DNA of 61,725 nt, the filler included, from Hausera hauseri (taxonomy: Eukaryota), in assembly GCA_046269625.1 (NCBI GenBank). It is 9 parts of 9 records of this genome, joined end to end, with 100 filler letters (N's around TTAATTAATTAA, not from the genome) between each part and the next. Parts side by side here need not be neighbours in the genome. Positions count along the whole stretch, not along the records: positions 26,057 to 35,144 come from JBJURY010464355.1; positions 35,245 to 41,603 come from JBJURY010107765.1; 7 more parts are not named here. The stretch is one strand, 5' to 3'. Below, piece after piece: positions 26,285-38,157 of the stretch. Every line of letters begins with the position of its first letter. Within the stretch, counting starts at the first letter, position 1. The position numbers were made by a program, and so were the translations under genes. The notes below the pieces were generated by a model. That model was given only the letters and a program-made list of their open reading frames with translations, ran no database searches and had not been told where the DNA came from.

Positions 26285-26424
26285 TGTGTGCATCGTAAAA
26301 AATTATGTGTGATTTTATTTTTTTGTGTGCGCTCACACACTAATTATAACGTCCTTCAAAAAGAAGAAGTACTTCAAAGTATATAATTCAGTGTTTGTCA
26401 TTATTTTTTAATTTTTTCATCAAA

Positions 26425-27054
26425 ATGAACACGCAAGAGCTTACACAAATTTTGGTCAATGAAAGCACAAAATTAGATGCTGAACAGAGGCAGGGCAAAA
26501 GTGAACAGAAACAGTCAGATGTCAAACAGAAACCAGAAGCAGGAACAAGTTCTCAGCCAATGCTGCCTGTGGATATGGACGCATCAATTAATATCAACCA
26601 ACTGCAGCAGGATCTAGAATTAACCATTTATGACAATGAATTTTTGCCAGAAGAGGAACAGGTTGAGAATAAATCTGCTGCGCCAGTTGAAAAGAAACCA
26701 TCCGTGCCAATTAGACGATTCAAACAAGCAAATGGCGGATTGTACAATAAAGAAGTTCCAAAGAAAGCAGCAATCAAACGGCTAATTGAGCCTGCTATTA
26801 ATCAGGTCAGGATGACAAAACATCGTCAGGCTCAATTAGTCCAGGCACAGGAGGATTGTAACAATACGCAGGAGCGTATTGTCGCAACAAATGAACTGGT
26901 CGGCAAATGGAAGGGCCAGTGTGAACAACGCCGGCAAATTCGCCTCAAGTTGGGTGCAAATGAAAGGCTTGAGACAATGCAGTTAAATCCAACAAATAAT
27001 CCAAAGCTGCATACAAACCTTAATAAAAAGTTTGAAATCCAAAACAGGGAGTAG
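26425..27054 (+). CDS. Hypothetical Q/K/E-rich coiled-coil protein
   Basis: ~210-aa ORF from ATG 26425 with no recognisable domain. Confidence 0.45.
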   Translation: MNTQELTQILVNESTKLDAEQRQGKSEQKQSDVKQKPEAGTSSQPMLPVDMDASININQLQQDLELTIYDNEFLPEEEQVENKSAAPVEKKPSVPIRRFKQANGGLYNKEVPKKAAIKRLIEPAINQVRMTKHRQAQLVQAQEDCNNTQERIVATNELVGKWKGQCEQRRQIRLKLGANERLETMQLNPTNNPKLHTNLNKKFEIQNRE

Positions 27055-27381
27055 ACGACTGCTGAACATCAGACGGTGGATTTAGAAAGAAAATTTGAAA
27101 AAGCAGATTGAGCACCTGCAAAAAGTGACGATGGAGCAGGCCAAAATCATTACTGAACTCCGCCAAATAGTGTCAAATGGAAGAAACAAAAAGAAAATAC
27201 TCGGAACATTTTATTTGGACGACGTAACGAATAAGGTTGTTGTTTTATAATTACTTTACAACAAATTTTACAATCATTTTAGAAGCAAATTCGTTGAAGT
27301 GTCATTTCTGTAAACAAATGTGCCAAAAATGTTGTCACGTTCGCCCGAGAAATTAAAAAAATTGAAGAAAAAGAAATTGAC

Positions 27382-28058
27382 CTTTTTGATCTTCCTAAAG
27401 TTTTCGCTCTCTATTTTAATATCGTTAATGGGATCTAGCAGTGGAAGATCTTCAACTCTGACAGACGGCGACTTATTTGCTTCCCTTAATTCTACAGTCG
27501 ATGAAGAGAATTTATCCTTTATCTTCGCAATTGTTTGCATTACAGTTTCTCGGTTGCTAGACCGTAAGAGATCCTGCGGCATCAGAATTCGAATCACACT
27601 TAGCGAACTAATGCTTGCAAATTTTAATGATACAACTTCAGCAGACACGGCTTCGCCCGGTCGAGGTGCTCTTATAGGGGCTTTTTTATTGTCATGGGGT
27701 CTGGCAGCTACTGCCAATAAACACTCAACCAAATAGAATGTATCTTCGGGTGCTGAATTAGGAAATTTGGTCAGCGGTGGTTGTTGTCGTCTTATATTGA
27801 CGACTGCACCCCAACCGAAATCATCATTTTCACGTTTGACCTAAGAGCTTCAAATATTTCCGGTAAAAATTTAAAATCTGCAAACTTTAATTAATCGTCC
27901 CGGTTGTAGAAAATTTACAAGTCTGATGGATTTTCGAATGTAATCCATTTCTTTATCATAAGCCAGTTGAAGTGCTTCATCCAGCTTATAATATGAAGAA
28001 ACGATTTCTTCATGTTCGATACGGATTTTTATAAAATCTTCATTTAGTAGTCTCAATC
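27382..28058 (-). CDS. MTREX: MTR4/SKIV2L2 RNA helicase arch/KOW region, two exons (28058-27886, 27840-27382) with a 45-nt intron
   Basis: YYKL...FLQPGRLIK|VKRENDDFGWGAVVN...ISSLSVIRILMPQDL...LPLLDPINDIKI match MTR4. GT..AG intron at 27885-27841. Confidence 0.85.
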
Positions 28059-29392
28059 CTGAAAAAAAAAGAAAACCGTTGAGAATGTAAGCCGTGCTTA
28101 TTTGTACATAATTATTTGACATAATTAACAAAACAAATCCTATGGTTTTCACTAATTTTTAATTCATTTAAAACATTAGTAGAAGTACATAAATAAAAAC
28201 CGATTTATAAGGACCAGGCCACGAAATGTTAAACATCACTTTTGACACAAAAGTAATATACTTATCAACAGTCATTAGAAATTCAGTTTAGATTATTAAA
28301 AATCTCAAAAAATGACAACTTTTCAAAATTGATAAAGCATTTTGATTCTTGAGAAAGCCGGGAACAATCAAGCTAAATTCAAGAAACATCAAACAAAATT
28401 TTGAATTATTTAAGTCGTGAGGACAACAATTTAATGAATTCGATATCACAATGTGAGAAGCAGAACCATTTTGGTTAGAGCAGTAAAAACACAGTTGGAA
28501 AGTAGAATCGTAGCTGGTACAAGATGTTTCAATGTCAGTTTCAATTTTTTAACTTGTAACGTTTAGTTGACCTAAGACACAATATTTAGATATGACTTAA
28601 GGAAATAATTTGTAGTTAATAAACATGTTTGAAATGATTTCAACGTTGCAAAAATCGGTAATGAAGGAATTTTAATTTGTTTACCAATTAAAAAATGAAA
28701 ATTATTCCATATGAACAACGTTTTGTTCAAATGTTACTTTGGGAATTTTCGACATCTCCAGGGAGATTAATTGTCACATAATCACACGAGTGTCAGTAAT
28801 AGTGCAGGAAATAATTATTCGAAATCTATTATTTTCTGAATTTTTCCATCTAATTTATTTCTATTCAAGGTAGTGTATTGTAATGACTAACAAAGTTAAA
28901 ACAGACCAACACAAACATTTAGCCAAGTAAAGCGTGACTATGCAATTTTTCACAACCAACAGAAAGTCGTAGTAGCATGTACCGACTAGAACGGTAAATA
29001 AAAATTTTTGCTAATTTTAAGATTTTCACCACTGTTCAAAATACAAAGACACATTATTAGATACTTGAAGAATGACACAAGTTTTGTAATCATATAAAAC
29101 GGTATTAACCAATATCAGGTTGCCGATATTTCGCATTCTACTCTTTTCTTGAACGCATATGAAAAGTAGAACTGTACCAGACATATCCTGCGTTTAAATT
29201 TTAAAATGTTTACTCCGCTACGCTCTTCTAGCATACATGGCATATAAACAACGTATACATCTAATGATTATGGAGTCCTTTGATTATGGAGACTTTAAAA
29301 TAACAAATTCGGGTATATGTGCTCATTTTTAAGTATTTAAAAGATATTTTTTATATAATTTTTTTGAGACAAAGAAATGAACATGTAATAAT

Positions 29393-29707
29393 TTATTGGT
29401 AGTCATATAAAATATCAACATATAATTGTTCCACAAGGGGATTAATGTCTATGAGATATAAATAGTCCAGCCATTTTTTTAGTTTCTTGGATTCGTGGAT
29501 CTCTTGTAGAATATCCAGTCTTTCGTTTAATAGTTTAATTCTTTTGAACCAAGAATTTGGTCCCAGGAAAGTATCCTCGTATTCTATGTCGGAATTTAGT
29601 TGACGTAGTTTTGTTTTTAAATTTTTCCTATTTGTATTATTTTCCTCAATGTAGTAGATGATTTTAGGCATCCACCATTTAGATGTCTGATCTGCAAAAG
29701 GAGCCAT
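29393..29707 (-). CDS. Orphan ORF divergent from Rep in the CRESS-like unit
   Basis: 104 aa. The stop is embedded in AATAAA, and a candidate 42-nt GT..AG intron (29749-29708) ends immediately before the ATG. Confidence 0.55.
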   Translation of the reverse strand: MAPFADQTSKWWMPKIIYYIEENNTNRKNLKTKLRQLNSDIEYEDTFLGPNSWFKRIKLLNERLDILQEIHESKKLKKWLDYLYLIDINPLVEQLYVDILYDYQ

Positions 29708-29972
29708 CTAATGATATTTTATTATTAATAATGAAAAGGAAATAATTACTTCAATTTTTCAAATAGATGATTTTAGAAACAAATGAATTAAATTTAATAA
29801 ATATAACTATATATTTTGTAATTTGTTTATTCCAGGAATCATGTGCTTTATTTAGCCCCTGTAGTCTTTGTTTGAAATAAATACACTACTTACTTTTGTA
29901 AGTAGATAATAAATAGTGTATACTCATATTCTTTTTTTAGGATGATAAAGAAGTAGAATATTATGTGTAGAA

Positions 29973-30038
29973 TGAGAATGAGCAACCAATAGAAATAGAG
30001 CTATATATAGAGCTAATACTATTGGTTGCTCATTCTCA
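29973..30038. promoter_or_regulatory. Stem-loop, putative rolling-circle origin
   Basis: Perfect 20-bp inverted repeat TGAGAATGAGCAACCAATAG (29973-29992) / CTATTGGTTGCTCATTCTCA (30019-30038) with a 26-nt loop. TAGTATTAG lies on the minus strand at 30013-30021. Confidence 0.65.
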
Positions 30039-30194
30039 AATAATGAGAGAAATTGTTGTTGGTCATTTATATGATAAAGCAAATGAATAATTAATCATTA
30101 TTTTGTTTATTTTTGTACTTTAATGGCATAAAGGTATATATGAGATGTTGTGTAAATTTGATTTTAATTTATACAACATTTCATATTTTTCATT

Positions 30195-31780
30195 ATGTCA
30201 CAGACGTCATCTCAGTTAATGTCTCGTTCGGAACGAAATGAGCAAGTAGGATTTTTATTATTTATATTATTATTTTTATTGTTATTAAGGGATATCGTAA
30301 TAATTTCACTGTGTCGAATGCAGTTAATGGTCAATATGTGCGATTATTTTTGAATTGTAATGATGATCATGCCAGAGCCTTACAGTATCGCTTTCCAGAA
30401 CCAATAAATTATTTGATTGTGCCACCGGAAGGAGCAACATTTCGCCATTTCATGGCTGTGATGAAATTCGATGAAAATATTGATTTATGTAATTACATTG
30501 GTAATTTTATACGGCTTGTTTTATTGTATAAATTTTATATGAAGGTGGTGGAAGATACGTCTTCCTCTGGTTTCCACCATCTTCATTTTCTTTTTTATTT
30601 GCGCAACCCTATGCGGTTGCGTCGTTTTCGTGTTCTTTTTGGATTTAATTTTCTTATCCCGTTTAGGAGTGATATCTATGGGGTTTATAAATATCATAAT
30701 AAGGATATCACTCCTAATGTTTTTTCTATGCAAATCGGTAGTCCCCCTATAGATATTAACAAAGAAAACACCTCACGTAAGGCCCTATATCGTATGTTTG
30801 ACGATGCTCCCTCGGTCGGAGAAGCTATGTTTATAATGAAAGAAGGTGACCGAGCGGAGTACGTCACAAGGCATAAAATGTTACAATCATACGTTAACAG
30901 TAAATTTAAACCTTAAATTAATGTTAATGAGCAATATGTCTTCACTCTTTCACCTATCGATTTCCGCCTTGATAAAGGTGTTAATACCGCGTTACTATTT
31001 GGAAGTAGTAACATAGGGAAGACATGTTATGCCATGTCTCATGGGAAGAACCCATTAATTTTACATTCATTGCATGACACTCCTTCTGAGTGGTCATCTG
31101 AATATGATATAATTATTTTTGACGATGTCGGGTTTAGCGATGTCTGCCCGGACATTTTCTTAGCAATAGTGCAATGTAACCACGTACACGACAATAGGTC
31201 AATACGTGGGTTATATAAAAGTGTTGTGGTACCATCTTCGGTACGGGTTATTTTTACATATAATTCGCAGTCATCCTTTTGGCCTCGAAGGATAGACTTA
31301 TCCCAAAAGGAGGCGTGTATGAAAAGGTGTCTCCTGTACGATTTAGGAGATTTTATGCTCTACCGTACAGGGGAGAGTCGAGACCGCTTTATTCAAGAAA
31401 ATCGAGTTGATTTTCGTCGAATAGCTGATGAGTTTGTGGAGCCACCTATTATTCCTGTTGTCTTGCCTGTAAATGATTCTCTTCCATCTGGAATTCCTGT
31501 TGTTATACCACCACATGAATCTTTAACTGTTACTATTGATGATGATAGTGAAGGGGACTACCGAGATGATAGTTTATTTACTTCTCCTATTGATGTACAA
31601 AATGTAAGTAATTATCGCCCTGTTTATCACAGGGAAGTTTTATCGCCGTTTCACATGTGTAGTGAACGGTGTTATGTGCCACCGCATGTTGATTATCTTA
31701 ACACCGGTAGCAGTGCCGGTAGTGTAAATACTGCACCTGCGTATGTACGGTATCGCGATATCGATGTATGCTGCCGATAG
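30195..31780 (+). CDS. rep: CRESS-DNA-virus-like Rep (HUH endonuclease + SF3 helicase), spliced, with one in-frame TAA
   Basis: Exon 30195-30245 and intron 30246-30289. Motif I FTVSN, motif II HHLHFLF, motif III YKYHNKD. In-frame TAA at 30914-30916. Walker A GSSNIGKT, Walker B IIIFDD, motif C VIFTYN, Arg-finger-like ACMKRC. Confidence 0.85.
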
Positions 31781-32328
31781 CATGTGCAAGCATTTGAAGA
31801 ATATAGAATATAGACAAAATTTGCTTCCAGAAGAACATACCGATATGGAGCATATTGTCAGATTAGCTGCCTATAATTGCAATATAATGAAAAAGCTTCT
31901 GTGCCAATATGATAAATTGTGTGGCGATTATGGGATAGATGAACCGTTACATTTATGTAGCGTTCTGAAATCGTACGTCGAACATCCGGAAGTTAAGGAT
32001 ATTTTTGCCAGTCCTCATGTGCTTGCGGAAGATATTTGCGATAATTTACATCGCAACGAAATCCTTTGTTCTCAATCGCCTTTCCCAATATATGATTGGG
32101 GCAATGATTGCCTAATATGTTTTGGAATTCGAGGTAAAAAATGTCAAGGTATTTAATTATTCTATGTTTGATTTATATTAATTAGGTAAATGGCTCGATC
32201 CACGCATAGTGATGCGTCCAGTCGGCTCTCCACCCCTCCCGACAGTTCATGAAGATGAAGCTACTGATGATGCTAGTGAAGGTGGTAATGCTACAGACGA
32301 TACTGAACCCATGTCTAGTTTTGTTTAA
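31743..32328 (+). CDS. Orphan Cys/His-rich protein with acidic tail, two exons (intron 32149-32185)
   Basis: Removing the 37-nt GTATTT..ATTAG intron extends the ORF in frame (..KKCQG KWLDPRIVMRPVGSPPLP..DDTEPMSSFV*). The stop overlaps AATAAA (32327-32332). Confidence 0.6.
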
Positions 32329-32559
32329 TAAAGTTTAGGTGTTTCATAAAGTCTTTGTTCATTTTTATCTTTGTTCGTAATTTGAGTTTACATGTCTTTG
32401 TTTACGATTTTCTTTGTTTTATGTTTCCATGGTAACGTAAACCCGAGTGCGCACTAGGTGTTTCATATTTCGAGTACACTGCCCCGTATTTTAAGGCTAA
32501 ATGAAATGGAAAAACTTTTAATACAAAACATTTATTCAAAAACAAAATGGCTTTCTGTG

Positions 32560-33560
32560 TTTATTTTTCCTTTATTAGTTGAATATTTATGAGTCTGTCT
32601 GCAAAATTTCGAAATAGATTCTAACTTTTGGTACAATTCAGTGAATCAAGTGTTTTCCAGATTTTACTTTCAAGTTCTATTAAATTTGTATGTTCGCTGT
32701 GACTAAATTTCTTCAATTAACATGCTCTACATATTCTCCATGATATTCAAATCTGGTGATCTCGGAAGGAAATTTATTAGCATTGTTAAAAAATTCTTGA
32801 ATGCTTTTTGGAACACGAGGAGTTGCATTATACTGTAGTAGATGAGACATTTTAAAATGTAACCTCACAGTGGGAAGAACATATTTTTTAATAAATTAAT
32901 ATAGACTGAGGCTTCCGTTGTCTGTCGCAAAATCTTTATGGCGATCAATCCATTTGACTTAACTAATCCAAAAACCATAAGACCTCCTCCTTCACAATAT
33001 CATCTGCGATTAATTTTTTAGACCCATGTGACCAGGTCTGCTTAAATTTTGAATTCCATAAATTATGTCACAAATTACCAATTATCATGTCCATCCAAGC
33101 TGCACCGTTTTTCGTCCATAAAACAACTTCATCCTAGTTTACATTATTCTTTATCCAGCACTTAATTTCATTAACCCGTTTCACTCTATGTTCTTTCGTT
33201 AACGTTATCTTTTGTGTGTGCTTCCCATACTTAAAATCACTTTCGTAAAAAGTTATTTAATATTCTTCAAAAGGCACAGGGCACTTCGATTAAAAGTTTA
33301 TTACAAGTTACTTTAGTCCCGTCTTTATTTGATATATTAATGTAACGTTTTATTTTCAGTTTGTCTAACGCATCCAGAAGCGGTTTCCTTCCACATTTTT
33401 CTTATGCACTCTTCTCATATCCAATATGATTTTTCCAATATGATTTTCCAACTACTCTCATTTTACGAATTATTTTTCGTACTTCGTCAGAATAAACCTA
33501 CTTCACTACAAATAGATTGTTAATAGAATCACATTATCTGACTGTATTAACTGTTTCCCC
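32560..33560 (-). mobile_element. Decayed Tc1/mariner (Tc3-like) transposase
   Basis: The minus strand reads MDEKRCSLDGHD (cf. SDEKKFNLDGPD), LQYNATPR (cf. QDNA..H) and PRSPDLNIMENM* (cf. SPDLNPIENLW). Confidence 0.75.
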
Positions 33561-35419
33561 ATTTCAAGAGTTAAAAATGAGAGTATACATTGATTTATTT
33601 AATTTACTTAAACAACTGACAAAGTTGTACATAACTTTTTGTCTGTGTATTATTGTATCAAACGTGGGAGAAATTTACTCTTAATTGTGAAAAGTATAAG
33701 ACAAGGGATTAAAGTTAGTGTATTTTTCTAAAAGCACTACATACAGGGTGATCACTGATCAACAAAAAACCAATCCGCAGCATATTTATATAGAAATAAT
33801 TTTGGAAATTCTGCACAAATTTTCGATCTGATACGTACGAAATTTTACCACAGATAACTCAATTTTATCTAAATCAAAAAGTCACGGTTTAATTTTAAGT
33901 TGATCGCCCTATAGATCAAAAATACAATTTATATTTGCATATTTTTACAATTATAATCGAATGTTATTTGAGTTTGTAATAATTATAATGTTCAACTATA
34001 ATACAGATTTACATGCCGGTAGGTGAACTACGTCTCTATTAAACTACTATATTAAACTACTGATAAATTACTGTATTTAGCTTGGCGAAATGACTTTAAT
34101 ATAAGCGGAATCCACTGTAATAACTTCGCGTGTATTTTCAGATCACATAGGTTGAAGTACTCCAGTCTATAAATTGAAAGTCACATTAATGTAAAAATTC
34201 TAAGTGTAGTTAAAGAAATCATTAATTGTTCAGGCATAAAAATATTTATCCAGACATCAAAATACAGATCCATTCATACTGACTTAATATTTGTGATTTT
34301 ATGTCAACAAACTTAAAACTGCAAAATTCTGATAACTCTCAAATTGTGGCACCTAGTACTAACTCAATATGGTGTATTCTACACAAAGACATTGTAGAAT
34401 TTTATGAACTAATTTCGGTAATACCGGTCATAACTTCGGTTTATTTTCACGGTTCTAACATTGAACATTTACAGATTATGATAGTTAATTTCATTTTTAC
34501 ATCAGAAAAACTGAATAATAATTGACGTAAAGGAACAGAAACAATTATGAATAAGATTTTTATGAACTTTGTGACTCACGTAAACTATGATTTTGCATTT
34601 TTTTCAATGTTATTTTGTGTATGTTTACTTAAAATACGCAGCTTAAATGTTAATAAACAGACATTTAGAAAATATGACATTTTAAGATCATATGGAAAAA
34701 TGACATTTCAATGCGTTTTTGAATGACTTCCATGACCTTAATAGATCATCTAATGAAATTAGGGACTTTAAGTAAAATGTTATTAAAATAGACTGAAAAT
34801 ACGAAAAATCTTTTGACGATGCACTTAGCTTAATAAAATAAGATATTTTGATTTTCGGACATACATGTAGAGAGAATGAAAAATAAATTCTCCACAGAAA
34901 TCTATTATGACTCAACAGACAGACTTGTATATGACACTAATAGGTTTCTGTTTTCGGCATAATTTATAGATATTAGTCATTGTCGTATTCTTTGGAAAAA
35001 CAGACGGAGCATGTAAAAACCATACCCTGAAAAATACACAAGTAAAAACTATAGCCCAAAAAATTATTTGAGGCTTTGTAACAATGCTAAAAAGCTTGTT
35101 ACATATGCTAGTAAGGCTCAATTTAAAGAGAGCATTATAATCGANNNNNNNNNNNNNNNNNNNNNNNNNNNNNNNNNNNNNNNNNNNNTTAATTAATTAA
35201 NNNNNNNNNNNNNNNNNNNNNNNNNNNNNNNNNNNNNNNNNNNNCTGTTTTTCATGATTTTTCAAAAAATTCATCCCGATTTTACTTATCCGTTTTACTT
35301 CAAATAAAAGAAGACGTTTGCTTAAAATGAATTGTTTAATATTTATTTAAAACTTCATGACTTATTACAGTACAAGAAAAGTTAGTTACAATGTTTTTCA
35401 TATCAAATGCAAGCATTTT

Positions 35420-37520
35420 GCATAATGTCCATTTACACGTGAAAGTCTTGTTTAGACTTAAAAGAAGGTATTAGATCTCTGGACTTAAGTCTTGCTATAA
35501 TATAACCGTTTTTCGACTCCATACCACAAACGTGAGAACTCGCTTCTGTCACCATCTCCAAAAACGTTCAATACCCTGCGAATGGCACGGAATTTCGACG
35601 ATAATGGGTTGTTTAGCGAATCTTTCCAGCTGTTCAGTAGACAACTTCATGGTGAGGGGAGGTTCACAGACACCTTCTGTGGAAGTAGATCTTGTCGTGT
35701 ATCGACAGATTCGTTGACCTTAAGAGACACGAACTGTCTGACTTGTTGCTCACTGGATGACGGGGATTGTTGGATTGACTTGATTCTGTCGATGGCGGCT
35801 TGACGAGTTGGCAAGTTTCCATCCGCGAATATTGCCAACAGAACGTTCTCTTCGTGGGCGCAGTAACCATTCTTCTGAATGACGGGCCAAATGATGTTCT
35901 TGATGTCATTAGGGAGCATTCTCTGAAACTTGGTTGATTCGAGAAAGTGACACGGGCCATATGTGCATCATGGACGACACTTGATATCGAACCACATCGG
36001 TTTATAATGACAGACGACGAACTTGGTTAGGGAGCAGAGTTCTGGACTCAGTTCTTATGTCGATACCCAATAGGAAAACTATGCCTGTTACAGTGATCCT
36101 GGCTTTCCACGTAGGAGACCGTTACTGGTGGCGCCATTATGTATTGCTGAAATCATCCTACACAGGTAGGCCTGATCACAACGGTGTCAACGTAGTCGAT
36201 ATCTGGTCGGGTGATGGCATGAAATCGTGTTTTTGACACTAGCAAAAGCCCACACGAAGTTAAAAACTTACCTATGGAACCATTCCACAGACTTGAGCCT
36301 TGAGATAGATCAATGCGTCTGTGACATAACTGTCGGAAAGGGAGCTCATTTAAATTCAAACTGTAGACAAACCAGTGCAAAGGACGTCGAAGCCGACATT
36401 CCACGAGACGAATGGCTCCTGTATTATGTCCCGTGTTAACTACCGTGCTGTTGCACCTAGTGCGACGACTTTACTGGTGATTTCCATTTTTTCAATGGCG
36501 TGATAAAGTTCATCTGAAATGGCAGCATAACTTTCTCGTTCTAGTGTTCAATGGCTAAGATAGTAATCTCCAGGTTCTCCGACAAGAATGTAGTGATCCT
36601 CGATTTTCTTTTTACCATACCATTTGTCGTCAATTTTCTCCTTCACTCAAGTCTGGTCTTTTCGTCCATCAAAAATACAGCTCTAATCTCCTTATCTTCA
36701 AATGACGCTTCTTTTATATCCGTTTGCTCTTTTCGACGTGCCCTCCATATGTGATTATGATCAACGATGTTTGCTCGATCATCTGTTGTGGCGATTCCAA
36801 AATCGATCAGGGTAGCAGTGCAGATGGCAGCACCCCTGTTGGAAACTCAATAGCAATCGGCCTCTAAAGCGACTGTTGGAATTTGTATGAAGTTCCAATC
36901 AGTAGTGTTATATTCGTGATCGCTGTCATCTTGGCAATCATGAACTCGCTCATCGCCAGACTCTGATTCCACTTTACTTGATTTGACGTCACAGGTAGAT
37001 GAAACAACTTGGTCGGTTTCTAGCTTTCTTCTTTTTTGCTCTCTCTCTTAACTTTGCCATCCTCTCCTGTCGTGATCTTCGTCTTTCCAATGTAGTCACC
37101 CTTTTCTCCACTCAACCGATGTGCATCAAAGCGGTGGATCTTTGATCAGTCAAAAAAGCACGTTCTCGCTGTGGAACTTTCATATCTTTCTCACACGAAC
37201 ATTCCGACAAGTCCTCACACTGACAGTTAGCAATATCTAACAGACTGCTGAGACTTTCTGTGAACTTCGTCGTCTTCTTGCTGATGTTGATCCTTATTCT
37301 ATTAGTCGATGTAACTTCGTTTTCACATTATTCAGCAATTGCCTTGGAATGCCTGATCGATTCCAAAGTTGAATAATGGCATCAATTAATTGAGAAATAA
37401 CTGCTTTGTTACTGGCGTACTTGATTTCCTTTAAGAAAAGGAAATGTCTCACAACTTGAGAGCGCTTAGATAGTTCAGTAAGCGGAAGCTAAGATAAAGG
37501 CCCACCGTAGACGCTATACC
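35420..37520 (-). mobile_element. Decayed hAT-superfamily (hATm-like) transposase
   Basis: NTGHNTGAIRLVECRLRRPLHWFVYSLNLNELPFRQL and IQKNGYCAHEENVLLAI, with many stops. Confidence 0.65.
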
Positions 37521-38157
37521 TGGCAGCCAGACGTGTCTTCTGTTTACTTTTACTATTCGTGAATCTGGTCTTGAACACCGGATTATATTATTACAGTCTA
37601 CAAAGTAATATAATTATAAGAATAATGAGGGAATCTAGTCAATATGGGAAATATTTAAAATCAATTTAAGTTGAAATAACTGATGTTCCAATAATTGTTA
37701 CACTACGCAATTCCCATATTTGCGAAGTGGACGATTTTGAGACACAAATAGGGGTTTGTTAACTTAACCATGCTAATTTCAAAAATTGACTTTATTTTTT
37801 TGGTAAAACAAACGTAACCATTGGAACTTCTGTTTGCTAAATTTTTATTAAGGAGCCACCTAGTGAGTATATAAAAAGCTATTCAGCGAAAACTACGCAG
37901 GCAATCCACATTTTGTGATTTTCAAGTAAAACGGGGGGTGTTCCGCTTGTCATGTTACATTTTCGAGTTCATTTTTGAAATCAGCATGGTTGACTGTACA
38001 AAACCTCATATGTGCCTCAAAATAGGAAAAAATGTTATATATGTCGCTATGCCCTAGTAACCGTGCAAAAAACTGAACCGTTCAAAGCAGCTTTAGGGTT
38101 CGTTATCATTCATTTTATTTTTGGCGATATTATTGATTTATATAATAGTGATTTATT

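Noticed and set aside
32425-32460. Helitron-like 3' end (AGTGCGCACT palindrome + CTAG)
   Set aside because: The palindrome overlaps CTAG instead of lying ~11 nt upstream, no T follows, and the Rep has an SF3 rather than a Pif1 helicase.
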